A DNA stretch of 64,000 bases from Bacteriovoracales bacterium (GTDB lineage: Bacteria; Bdellovibrionota; Bacteriovoracia; Bacteriovoracales; Bacteriovoracaceae). Made by a program: the position numbers and the translations under genes. The DNA lies in NCBI GenBank assembly GCA_038322885.1, contig JBBQGK010000005.1, positions 1,508-65,507 on the forward strand, written 5' to 3'. Within the stretch, counting starts at the first letter, position 1, and every line of letters begins with the position of its first letter. The notes under the pieces are model-generated. The model did no database searches. It was not told where the DNA came from and worked only from the letters and a program-made list of their open reading frames with translations. Shown in pieces: positions 1-9,507 of this stretch.

Positions 1-4
1 AGAA

Positions 5-643
5 ATGGCTGAACAACAGACCTTTATTTTTAAGACTCTTGTAGACTTCAGGTCGGCCATCCTGAATCTTTTAGATGGGGAACACTTTGATCAATTAGGC
101 CTCATCGAAGTGGGGGATTGTTACTTCTTAAAAGCAAGTTATACTGCCTCACCAAAGCCCTATGATATATTGATTCCACTCACAAAAGGACCTGGTAAAT
201 TAATAAAGATTTCCTATGATAAAAAAGAAAAGCTCAAAGAAGTTTCGAACAAAGTGTATAAGTTTGTTTTCGAAAAATCGCTGTGGTTAACACCTACTTA
301 TCTCCCTGATGAGGAGAAACTTTCTGCTTTTCAGGTTTATGATTTTTTCTCAACTCTGAACATAAATAGCGTTAGCATCGAACCTAAAAAAGCTCAGGGC
401 CTTTATGGATTCTTCTTTGAACTTTCGGCAGATATTCTAAAGCGAAATGATATGAATGAATATCACGCTCTTAAAACTTCGGTGCTCATGCTTGATGAAT
501 TATTTGAACGTATTCTCAAAAAGAAATCTCCTCAGCCCGAGATCAATGAAGTGAAGGAAAAGTTGCACAAAAATTTCAAAGATCTCAAGACCGCAATTGA
601 AGGAAGAAATTTAAGTTTCTTTGGTTTGGAACAGACTATTTGA
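5..643 (+). CDS. hypothetical protein (212 aa)
   Basis: Long ORF whose stop overlaps the RBS of the next gene; no motif recognised; may extend upstream of the window. Confidence 0.7.
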   Translation: MAEQQTFIFKTLVDFRSAILNLLDGEHFDQLGLIEVGDCYFLKASYTASPKPYDILIPLTKGPGKLIKISYDKKEKLKEVSNKVYKFVFEKSLWLTPTYLPDEEKLSAFQVYDFFSTLNINSVSIEPKKAQGLYGFFFELSADILKRNDMNEYHALKTSVLMLDELFERILKKKSPQPEINEVKEKLHKNFKDLKTAIEGRNLSFFGLEQTI

Positions 644-653
644 GGAATGTATT

Positions 654-1469
654 TTGACTATTTTTGATTCGGTCATTTACGGAATGATTCAAGGCCTTTC
701 TGAGTTTCTCCCTGTTAGTAGCAGTGGGCACCTCGCTTTGTTACCACATCTCATGAAGATCCAGGATCCAGGTGTGGTCTTTGATTTGATGATGCATTTT
801 GGAACTGCCCTTGCCGTTATCCTTTATTTTCGGTCCGACCTCATTGGGTATGCAAAAACTCTTTCCTTAAATCTTGTTCAATTAAAGACTGGTAACGAGA
901 ATGAGTGGTTTATTCGCAATTTCGCATTCTCAACCATCGTGAGTGTTATTTTCATTGTTCTCTTCATGCCAGTGGCAAAACTCGCTCGGGACCCTTGGTT
1001 TATCATCATTAACCTTTCTTTTTTTGGTGTTCTTTTATGGATATCAGATCTTGTCAATCACAAGCGGGCCAATCATCTTGATCGTCCCATGAATTTTCAG
1101 ATGCAGTGGTTGATCGCGGGTATGATTGGAGCTTCACAGGCTCTGGCGATCTTTCCGGGTGTGAGCCGATCGGGGATCACCCTGACGGTCGCCTTGCTTT
1201 TTGGGATGAAGAGGAAAGAAGCTGGAGCTTATTCATTTCTCCTCTCACTACCTATAATCCTTGCCGGTATTCTAAAAGAGCTTCCTCATTTAAAAGATTC
1301 TCCGACTCATCCAGATACGATCGTTCTTCTCACGGGTGTTGTAACTTCATTCTTTGTGGGTTGGTTAACGATTCACTTTTTCATGAGATTGATCTCAAAA
1401 ATACAGCTCGTCTATTTTTCCATTTACCGAGTTCTACTGGCCGTTGTTGTTTATTTTGTCGTTCTCTAA
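654..1469 (+). CDS. uppP: undecaprenyl-diphosphate phosphatase (BacA/UppP)
   Basis: QGLSEFLPVSSSGHL and PGVSRSGIT signatures, multiple TM helices; start moved to TTG at 654 behind GAGGA (642-646). Confidence 0.95.
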   Translation: MTIFDSVIYGMIQGLSEFLPVSSSGHLALLPHLMKIQDPGVVFDLMMHFGTALAVILYFRSDLIGYAKTLSLNLVQLKTGNENEWFIRNFAFSTIVSVIFIVLFMPVAKLARDPWFIIINLSFFGVLLWISDLVNHKRANHLDRPMNFQMQWLIAGMIGASQALAIFPGVSRSGITLTVALLFGMKRKEAGAYSFLLSLPIILAGILKELPHLKDSPTHPDTIVLLTGVVTSFFVGWLTIHFFMRLISKIQLVYFSIYRVLLAVVVYFVVL

Positions 1470-4400
1470 TTATTGGCCGAAACCTGGCGGAACACAGTAG
1501 ACGTGATTATTCCATTTCACACCAGCATCATAGATAGAACCGACTGAGCCAGTTTCAGCATTATTATCTACAGCGTCGGTGCGGTAGTTAAAACGTCTCA
1601 CGGTTGAGAGTTGATCCGCTGGTTTATAGCCGCCATTCAATAGAGGAATAGGAAGCTTGTGAATCGCAACACCAGTCATGGACGTCCCTGAACAACAGAG
1701 ATTTTTCTGGGCCACCATGAGCTTCACCTGAGCCGCATCTTTAATGTATCCAGTCGCCGAATCATAAGCTGAGTCTGAAAGTCCGCGCCCTTCAGAAGAG
1801 ACGTAACGATTAAGATACACCGTCACATCCGTAAAGTCCGGCAAACAGCAACGAAGGGGACCGTTCACATTAGCGAGGTTTCCGGTACAACACTGAGATG
1901 CGGAGGTCGTACTCGGAACTTCCTGGTTTGAAGGGATACAACAGTTAAACTCACTTTCAGAAAAAATCTTCTTGAGTCCACCACCAGTCATGTCAAATTT
2001 AGAGTACGAGGCAGCAGAGTAGTAACGATTGAGAGAACCATCTTTAAAGTCGGCCAGGAGATCGGTGACTGGAGTAGTGACAAAAGTCTGGCTCGCATCT
2101 CCGACTTTGATCGAGGCCATCGGAAGATTCGTGGCCTGGGTATTTTGATTGTCATCTACGAGCTGGTGAATCTCATCATCAGTTTTAACCGCGACCTGAG
2201 GGATGCCGATTAATTCTAAAGAGCCGGCCCATGTTAAATATTTGTCTTCTTCAGCCGGAGTAATGGAGCGGATTTCACAAGATGCATTGGCATAATTATC
2301 AGGGTCACACTCAAAGGCGTTATCCGTGACGATGTTAGTTGTTTGCTGGTTCCACGTAATATTTTTGAAAACACCTTTATCAAGAGTCTGAGTCTTGCTC
2401 TTTGCAAAGGCATGACCTCCGCCATTTTCAGAAGCAAAACTTCGCACCCAATTCTGGGTACAGCAAGTTCTTTGGTTCACAGTATCAAGAGTCTTGAATT
2501 GAGATTGGATTTTATTCCAACGACTGGAAAAATCCGTCGCAACAAGAGAGAGGGCATAGGACTTAGTCGTGGAAACTTGAGCGACGTCACAGGTTACTTT
2601 ATCAAAAGTCGTGTTCACTCGCGAATATCGGTTGAAAGAATTTACAGGCGAATTCACTCCGGCAACTCTTACCGTGTCCACGTCGCACCAGCGATGATTG
2701 GTATTATCCGTCTGAGTAAAGACTGTCATCGTGTTGCCAATATCACGGCAGCAAACATTTTTCTTGGGATCAAAAGTAGGATTTAAGACACCTGGGGCGG
2801 TATATTTGAATGCTGGGTTTCCGCAAATGAGTTCTTCTCCCCAGTATTTCACTTCAGCTGCATTTAGGAGTGTGGAGAGATCTGACGATTTAACTTTAGT
2901 TGCAATGGTCTTTGAGGGAGCGCATTCGAAATCACTAAAGCAACTTGCCCCGGGAGCTCTCAGGCACATATTCCTTTGGTATCCAATCGCCGAGATTTTA
3001 CTCCCGGCGGTAGAGCTAAATATTCCCAAAGCAGTAAGAGGGGATAAATCTAAGAGGTTAGAAGATAAGTTTTGTGAAATGGAATATTGGGTAAGCACAG
3101 GATCATTCAATGCCAGATCATAATTCTGCATCGAAAGCCCTGAGGCATCCACAGCAGGACAGGCATTCATGTAATTTGCATTCTGCAGACCTGACATCGT
3201 AGGACCTGCCCCCATTATTTTATCTGAGGAGTCAGTGCGTGTTGAAGGTGTTCTCGAGTTCAGATCAAAAAGACTCGTTGAGCTTGCGACGTCTTTACCA
3301 GGAATACAAACCGAGAGAACATTATTTGAAGATAAACTTGTCGTCGCGGCCACAGGCGCCGTTTTTGTTCCGTAGAAATCGAAAGGACGGCCAAGAATTC
3401 TTGCTCCAAGGCCCACGAGATCTGAATCCACACTCGCGGCCGCTGCAGAGTTTTGAGCAAGCGGAGTATTCGCGAAGCGAGAAATTCGATCATTAAATTT
3501 AGCGCCACTCGTGAGCGGCACACAGGCATTATTAAAAGAGCAGGTGAGTGTTCCGAGGATGGAAGATCCATTAAATGTTGTTCCCGATGCTGAGGCCAGA
3601 TTATTTAAACATGGAGCTCCACGTCCGCGATACACGCATCTTTTGGCCTGGCCACTTGTTCCACCAACAATCGAAGCGAGAGTTTTTGTGATAGAGCCAA
3701 CTGTCTCTGCGCCATTAGCATCGAACTGAGGAACACTCGTTAAAAGGCCAGAGATGTTTTGGCAGGTGTAATCATATCCAAGCTGACTGAAACAATCTTT
3801 ATCATTTGAACAGTAGTGGGACTTCTGGCATTCAGCCCCGTCAGTTGCTGAGTCAAGAGTTGGAACGGTTGTGTTTCCGACGGCCTCTGAAACTGAAACG
3901 CTAAAATTGGTATCAACGCTCACATCACCATAGTATGCATTTACGGCCAGAAAAAGTTTTGAAGTTGCAGCTTTAATTTGTCTTTGATTTCCAATTGAGA
4001 ACCACGTGACTCCGTCAAATGAACCAATCAATGAACCGTAATCAAATCCATACCAGTCACGTGAGTATCCATTAGCGAAAAGAAAGTGTTGTCCAGAGAG
4101 CCTCATTTGTCTCTGGGCCTGGGCCGTGGCACCAGTGGTGTGAGTCCAAGGGATCATGGTTGCTGGTACAAAACAAGCGCGCCCAAAAAGCAGGTCATCG
4201 CTACGATAAAGAGACGTGCTGTTTATTCGAGTGCTGCTATAGGCATCAGGAGTGTAGCCCCCTCCCATGCCTTTAATGTTTTGAGGGAAGATTTTTTGAA
4301 GACTACTGTAATAATCAGTTCCGCAGGTCGTACAACCTGAGAATGATCCCGAATTCGTATAAATGTTGTAAAGTTGGTTTTTCTTAACCGACACCAGCTT

Positions 4401-6395
4401 TGCTGGTTTTGCGACGAAGGATCCAGTTGTTGCAAAAGAGCCATAAATTTCGTTGAAGCCCGTGAACGTTGAAACGTTAGAGGGCTTAAGGACATCATTA
4501 TTTAAGTAACTAAAGGCGGTCATTTCCTGAGCGGGAGCACCAGATGTACTTTCATCATAACTCACACCATTCACATCATAGTACCGATGAGGAACATTTT
4601 TATTCGAAACATAAACAGTTTGGTTTGCTGGAGGAGTTGTCGCCACGGCCGTTGGATAAACACACTCGTAATTGACAAGTGATCCAGACGAATTGAGCTG
4701 AGGAGTAAGGTTACATTTATCATTCGTACCACAAACGCACATTGTATTCACCGCGGCCTGAGCTGCACCTCTGAGACCAAAAAGGGAAGACACATTACTC
4801 GTCACAAAATAGGTAATCTCGACTTGCTGATTTTGGTAAAGAGGGTAACTAGCCGAAAAAATAATTCGATTAGGACCCGTGGCCTTGGACCAGGTTGTTG
4901 TATCCTCGGGTACGACAATCCCACCAATCTTCACGACAAGACTCGCTCCAGATGAGGTATCAGCGTAAGCCGGCAAGGTGAAAGTTTTAGAGCTATTGTG
5001 CCACATTGTAGAGAGCGTATCTGTCGATCCCTGAACAAAGGTCTTAATACATTTAGCGAGTGTCGTTCCCACTTTTACGCACGATCCGTCCACTTTGTAT
5101 GTCAGATACAAATTATCATCTTTTGCATTTGAGGGAAGAGTGGCGGTGATATTTACACTTTGGGTAGAAGTCAGGTTGTCATTGTTGGTTCCACTAATGA
5201 AACTTGCATTAACGATAGGAGGATTCTTCAAATCATAAAGAGTTGATCCACCGTAAACGATCTTAACAATATTATTTGCATACTCGCCGGTGTAGTTAGG
5301 ATTGAGGGCCGAGAAGTTAATATCGTCGTTGTAGCCCAGGCTCGATGCTGAGAAAGTTCCAGGGATAGAAGCCGATGCACCTGGAAACTTGACGGTACAA
5401 TAGGAAAATTCACCGTCTACTTTATTTAAGCACTGGTAGAGCTGAGTGTATTCCATGATTCGAACTGAAGCCTCATACGCGGCCTGCTCGCTCGTAATCC
5501 CACCATTATTTCCCGCGGTCGTCGATCCGGAACTACTAGGGCACACGTAATAGAATTGCGGATATAAAACATAGCGACTTGGGTTCACACGAACGTCTTC
5601 TTGAGCTGATGTGAAGCCTGCTGCTGTTAAGGCCGAGGCCCTTACGGCACCATCTTTTGAACAGACTCCATCGAGGCAACAATCAAACCCGCGGGCCTTG
5701 CAGGAAGTATCTTCCACGCAGCTCGATCCACCTGAGGTTAGTGTTGCAGAGATACTTAATGTCAAAGCACCCATTGAGATCGTCGGGACTTCTTGACCAT
5801 TAACAAAGAAGAGATGAATCGCAGAACTTTTTACTGAAGAACTACAGTTTGTGCATAATTGATTCAGGCTGAAACTCGCACTAGGAGAACTCGCCCCAGT
5901 GAATAAGCCATTAGTGAGATTGTAGTTTAAGCAATCATTTTGGTTGGCCGTATCGTTATTCGGTTCCGCGAGGAGAAAAAACTCTGTCGTCTTCGCTACG
6001 ACATCAGTGAAGGAGTTTGGTTTCGCTGAAATAATCAGGAAGCGGTCCTGGCCCGAGGTATAATTATACTTAGCAACGATACAAAATTTTGTTGTGTTAG
6101 GTAATTTTCTTACATACTGAGAAAGAGCGAGCCCGCGAATCATGAACGAATCAGAAAAATTCAGAGGCAGAGACAGGTCACCCTGAGTTTGCACTGAGCT
6201 TTGTTGAATGAATGTGCCAGATAATGGATAGGCCGGTTCAGAGTAGGATGAATTGTTGGTGTTTCCGGTATTGGCATTGGTTGAATCTCCAATCCCTACG
6301 CGAGAACTTGTCGGTGTGCATGAAACGATGGCCAGCAAAAATGCCAGTGCAATAAATGAAGCTTTGAATGGTTTCAAAAATATCGAGTTCAACAT
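1470..6395 (-). CDS. giant Cys-rich, Ser/Thr-rich lipoprotein (1641 aa), function unknown
   Basis: Lipobox LAIVS-C; about 50 Cys by hand count, many as CC pairs or small C-x(5-6)-C modules; GAGGGA RBS. Confidence 0.8.
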   Translation of the reverse strand: MLNSIFLKPFKASFIALAFLLAIVSCTPTSSRVGIGDSTNANTGNTNNSSYSEPAYPLSGTFIQQSSVQTQGDLSLPLNFSDSFMIRGLALSQYVRKLPNTTKFCIVAKYNYTSGQDRFLIISAKPNSFTDVVAKTTEFFLLAEPNNDTANQNDCLNYNLTNGLFTGASSPSASFSLNQLCTNCSSSVKSSAIHLFFVNGQEVPTISMGALTLSISATLTSGGSSCVEDTSCKARGFDCCLDGVCSKDGAVRASALTAAGFTSAQEDVRVNPSRYVLYPQFYYVCPSSSGSTTAGNNGGITSEQAAYEASVRIMEYTQLYQCLNKVDGEFSYCTVKFPGASASIPGTFSASSLGYNDDINFSALNPNYTGEYANNIVKIVYGGSTLYDLKNPPIVNASFISGTNNDNLTSTQSVNITATLPSNAKDDNLYLTYKVDGSCVKVGTTLAKCIKTFVQGSTDTLSTMWHNSSKTFTLPAYADTSSGASLVVKIGGIVVPEDTTTWSKATGPNRIIFSASYPLYQNQQVEITYFVTSNVSSLFGLRGAAQAAVNTMCVCGTNDKCNLTPQLNSSGSLVNYECVYPTAVATTPPANQTVYVSNKNVPHRYYDVNGVSYDESTSGAPAQEMTAFSYLNNDVLKPSNVSTFTGFNEIYGSFATTGSFVAKPAKLVSVKKNQLYNIYTNSGSFSGCTTCGTDYYSSLQKIFPQNIKGMGGGYTPDAYSSTRINSTSLYRSDDLLFGRACFVPATMIPWTHTTGATAQAQRQMRLSGQHFLFANGYSRDWYGFDYGSLIGSFDGVTWFSIGNQRQIKAATSKLFLAVNAYYGDVSVDTNFSVSVSEAVGNTTVPTLDSATDGAECQKSHYCSNDKDCFSQLGYDYTCQNISGLLTSVPQFDANGAETVGSITKTLASIVGGTSGQAKRCVYRGRGAPCLNNLASASGTTFNGSSILGTLTCSFNNACVPLTSGAKFNDRISRFANTPLAQNSAAAASVDSDLVGLGARILGRPFDFYGTKTAPVAATTSLSSNNVLSVCIPGKDVASSTSLFDLNSRTPSTRTDSSDKIMGAGPTMSGLQNANYMNACPAVDASGLSMQNYDLALNDPVLTQYSISQNLSSNLLDLSPLTALGIFSSTAGSKISAIGYQRNMCLRAPGASCFSDFECAPSKTIATKVKSSDLSTLLNAAEVKYWGEELICGNPAFKYTAPGVLNPTFDPKKNVCCRDIGNTMTVFTQTDNTNHRWCDVDTVRVAGVNSPVNSFNRYSRVNTTFDKVTCDVAQVSTTKSYALSLVATDFSSRWNKIQSQFKTLDTVNQRTCCTQNWVRSFASENGGGHAFAKSKTQTLDKGVFKNITWNQQTTNIVTDNAFECDPDNYANASCEIRSITPAEEDKYLTWAGSLELIGIPQVAVKTDDEIHQLVDDNQNTQATNLPMASIKVGDASQTFVTTPVTDLLADFKDGSLNRYYSAASYSKFDMTGGGLKKIFSESEFNCCIPSNQEVPSTTSASQCCTGNLANVNGPLRCCLPDFTDVTVYLNRYVSSEGRGLSDSAYDSATGYIKDAAQVKLMVAQKNLCCSGTSMTGVAIHKLPIPLLNGGYKPADQLSTVRRFNYRTDAVDNNAETGSVGSIYDAGVKWNNHVYCVPPGFGQ

Positions 6396-6418
6396 CCGTG
6401 TCGTCCCTCTTTGGTTAA

Positions 6419-6446
6419 CTATCGGAATTTCGTGAAAATGATCTGA
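6419..6446 (-). promoter_or_regulatory. sigma28 (FliA)-like promoter
   Basis: TCAGA-N15-TCCGATAG on minus strand, 24 nt upstream of the lipoprotein ATG. Confidence 0.45.
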
Positions 6447-6553
6447 GGAAATTATCTTTTATAGGGATCATAATAGTCGAGCGGATTTAGTCATTAAAGA
6501 AGGCCTTCTAAATTCCTGAAATAGGGTTCTCGAAGGAGATTTCGTACTCTTTG

Positions 6554-7819
6554 TTACGATCTGGCACCGGCAAAATTTTCCAATTGTTCAAGCAGAGTGA
6601 AAAGCGCCACTTGAGAAAATCGATTTTTTAAGACTTCTCGGTCTCCATAAAACTGTAAACGAACGGCATCGGAAAATTGAACAGTCGAGTACCCCACGCA
6701 AACTGTCCCCACTGGCTTATCAACAGAGCCCCCGAGAGGTCCTGCAATACCGGAAACGGAAATCGCCACATCGAGATCCATTTTTTCTCGAAGTCCTTGA
6801 GCCATCTCTTTTGCCACTTCAACACTGACTGCTCCAAAGTTTTCTATTGTTTTATGATCCACACTAAGAAAATCTTCCTTCACCGAATTGTCATAGGAAA
6901 CAACTGATCCCATGAAGACGGCACTGGCCCCAGAGACGTTGGTGATGCGATGAGAACAGAGGCCTCCAGTGCAGGACTCAGCAAAACCGAAGCGTAATTT
7001 CTTTTTAGTCGCGACATCGACAATCAGCTCTTCAACCGACTCGATTCCGGTGTGCCAAACATGCTCCCAAACGGGAGAGTTTTTCATGATCTCAATGATG
7101 GCGGTTTTCTTTGTTTCTAATTCGGCATCGCTTTGAGCACGAAACTTTATCCCTACATCCACTCCAAAAAGAATCGGAAGCGAACTCACATCTCCAAACT
7201 CCGAAAGTTTTCTCCACAGATCCTTGTCCACTTCACCAAAAATTTTTTCTTCAGGAACTTTTTTTGTTCGAAAATTTAAGGACCCGATAAATGAATGCCC
7301 GTCAATCAAGGGGCTCGTTAACCGCAAGAAATGGTCTTCCATCATGACTTTAAATTCGCGGGGAACTCCTGGGGCGGACAATAAATATTTACCCTGGTAG
7401 TCAGCAAAAAATCCCGGTGCAAATCCCGTGGAGTTATTAAGGGGGACAAAGCCCTCGGGGAGCAGAGAATATCCATGCTCTCTTCCCGGATATGGTCGAT
7501 TAAATCGAGCATAATTATTTTCTGACACCTTCATTGCGTCTTCAGAAAATGAAATTTTTCTGCCCATAAAACTTGCGATGGTCTCTTTCGTCACATCATC
7601 TAAAGTTGGACCTAGACCACCGGAAGTCACCACCACATCACAAGCATCAAAGAGAGTTTTAAGTCCCAAATGGATAGACTCTTCAGAGTCTTTGACCGTT
7701 AAGACGAGAGAGAGCTCGAGGTGATTTTTTCTCAAAAACTCGGATAGAAACTTCGTATTAAGATCCGTGATTTTACCGTCTAGGATTTCGTTTCCGATGA
7801 TGAGCATGCCAATTTTCAT
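6554..7819 (-). CDS. cinA: CinA family competence/damage-inducible protein (MoCF-like domain + NMN amidohydrolase)
   Basis: IGNEILDGKITDLN, SGGLGPTLDDVT, AESCTGG, SGIAGP motifs. Confidence 0.93.
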   Translation of the reverse strand: MKIGMLIIGNEILDGKITDLNTKFLSEFLRKNHLELSLVLTVKDSEESIHLGLKTLFDACDVVVTSGGLGPTLDDVTKETIASFMGRKISFSEDAMKVSENNYARFNRPYPGREHGYSLLPEGFVPLNNSTGFAPGFFADYQGKYLLSAPGVPREFKVMMEDHFLRLTSPLIDGHSFIGSLNFRTKKVPEEKIFGEVDKDLWRKLSEFGDVSSLPILFGVDVGIKFRAQSDAELETKKTAIIEIMKNSPVWEHVWHTGIESVEELIVDVATKKKLRFGFAESCTGGLCSHRITNVSGASAVFMGSVVSYDNSVKEDFLSVDHKTIENFGAVSVEVAKEMAQGLREKMDLDVAISVSGIAGPLGGSVDKPVGTVCVGYSTVQFSDAVRLQFYGDREVLKNRFSQVALFTLLEQLENFAGARS

Positions 7820-7881
7820 GGATGTATCTTACAAACGAATGATTTGATTTCCAATACTGCATGATGTAATAGAAGAGAATA

Positions 7882-9444
7882 ATGCCTAAGAAGTATCAAT
7901 TCGAGCTTCCCTTTGATGTGGATCTCGATAAACATGTAAAAAAAGTCTATCCGGAGATCCGGGAATTTCGAACCCTTTCGAAGAGTCTTGATGCGCGTGG
8001 TGCTCCACGAGGCAAAAAACCAATTTATCTCTACATTCTAGATGCCCTTATAACGAAAGATGATCAATATCCTCCTCCGGAAATGCTGCCGCAGTTTCCT
8101 CCACTAAAGCACAGACCGATTATCATCGGCGCAGGTCCGGGTGGATTATTTTGTGCTGTTCGTTTGGCCGAATATGGCGTTCCAAGTCTCATTTTTGAGC
8201 GCGGGGACCAAGCTTCAAAGCGTATGTTAAAGATCGCTAAATTTTGGCGCTACGGAGAATTCGATGAAGAAACAAACGTCTGCTACGGCGAAGGCGGAGC
8301 AGGTTTATTCTCAGACGGAAAACTCATTACAAGAATTAAATCGGAACTCGTCTCTTACGTGATGGAAAAATTTGTCATGTTTGGGGCACCACCTGAAACA
8401 GCTTACGAATCCAACCCCCACTTAGGTTCAAATAAAATCAGAGTCATCATCACGCAGATTTCAAACTGGCTCCGAAGCAAGAATTGCGAAATCATCTACA
8501 ACGCAAAGATCACAGAAATCTTGGTGGATGGAGAACGGGCCGTCGGTGTAAAGCTTGAAGATGGTCGCGTTTTTCACTCTGATCACGTGGTTTTGGCGAC
8601 GGGCCACTCGGCACAGGATCTGTACCAACATTTAGAAAACATAAAAGTCGCGATGAAGCCCAAAGATTTCGCGGTCGGTGTTCGCATTGAGCATCCTCGC
8701 CGCATGATCGATGCTCTTCAACACGGGAAATTTTCTGAGGCCTGTGAAATGGGTTCGGCCCGTTATCGCCTGAGTTATCATGACAAATGGACCGATCACG
8801 GCGTTTATAGCTTTTGCATGTGCCCAGGTGGTTATGTCCTTTCATCCGGAACTGAGGCCAATGGAATTGTCGTCAACGGCATGAGTAACTACGCCCGCAA
8901 CTCACCGTGGTCAAATTCTGCGATCGTCGTTTCTGTTAAAGTTGAAAAAGACATCGAGGACCGGGACATGATGGCAGGTTTACGCTTTCAGCATGAAATT
9001 GAACAAAAGGCTTATGCTCTTTCAAAAGAAAAGGCCACTGGCCGCGAATTACCCGCGATGACGGTCAAAGAATTTATGGATGGGAAGTTAAATCATCGTC
9101 CTCTTCCAAAAACCTCGGCACCATCGGGTTTATTTAAAACCGATCTCCATGAAATTTTCCCAGCATTTATTATTGAAAACTTAAAGAAGGGCCTGAGCGA
9201 ATTTAATCGTGATCTTCCAGGATTTATCAGCGATGAAGCCGTTTTGATAGCTCCAGAAACTCGAACTTCCGCACCCTTAACGATTCTTCGGGACAAAAAA
9301 TCTCTGGTTTCACTTTCCCATAGTGGTCTATATCCCTGCGGTGAGGGTGCAGGTTATGCCGGCGGGATTACTTCGGCCGCTGTCGATGGCGTAAAATGCG
9401 CCCTGAGTATTCTTCAACATGAGGGATATTTACCGCAAGTTTAA
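7882..9444 (+). CDS. NAD(P)/FAD-dependent oxidoreductase (COG2509-like)
   Basis: IIGAGPGGL, GEGGAGLFSDGKL, FCMCPGG, GEGAGYAGGITSAAVDG. Confidence 0.88.
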   Translation: MPKKYQFELPFDVDLDKHVKKVYPEIREFRTLSKSLDARGAPRGKKPIYLYILDALITKDDQYPPPEMLPQFPPLKHRPIIIGAGPGGLFCAVRLAEYGVPSLIFERGDQASKRMLKIAKFWRYGEFDEETNVCYGEGGAGLFSDGKLITRIKSELVSYVMEKFVMFGAPPETAYESNPHLGSNKIRVIITQISNWLRSKNCEIIYNAKITEILVDGERAVGVKLEDGRVFHSDHVVLATGHSAQDLYQHLENIKVAMKPKDFAVGVRIEHPRRMIDALQHGKFSEACEMGSARYRLSYHDKWTDHGVYSFCMCPGGYVLSSGTEANGIVVNGMSNYARNSPWSNSAIVVSVKVEKDIEDRDMMAGLRFQHEIEQKAYALSKEKATGRELPAMTVKEFMDGKLNHRPLPKTSAPSGLFKTDLHEIFPAFIIENLKKGLSEFNRDLPGFISDEAVLIAPETRTSAPLTILRDKKSLVSLSHSGLYPCGEGAGYAGGITSAAVDGVKCALSILQHEGYLPQV

Positions 9445-9507
9445 CTCGTCAAAAAGCACCGTTTCCATTAATGTCACTTCATTCAAAAAGACCAAAGGTA
9501 ATCAAGC

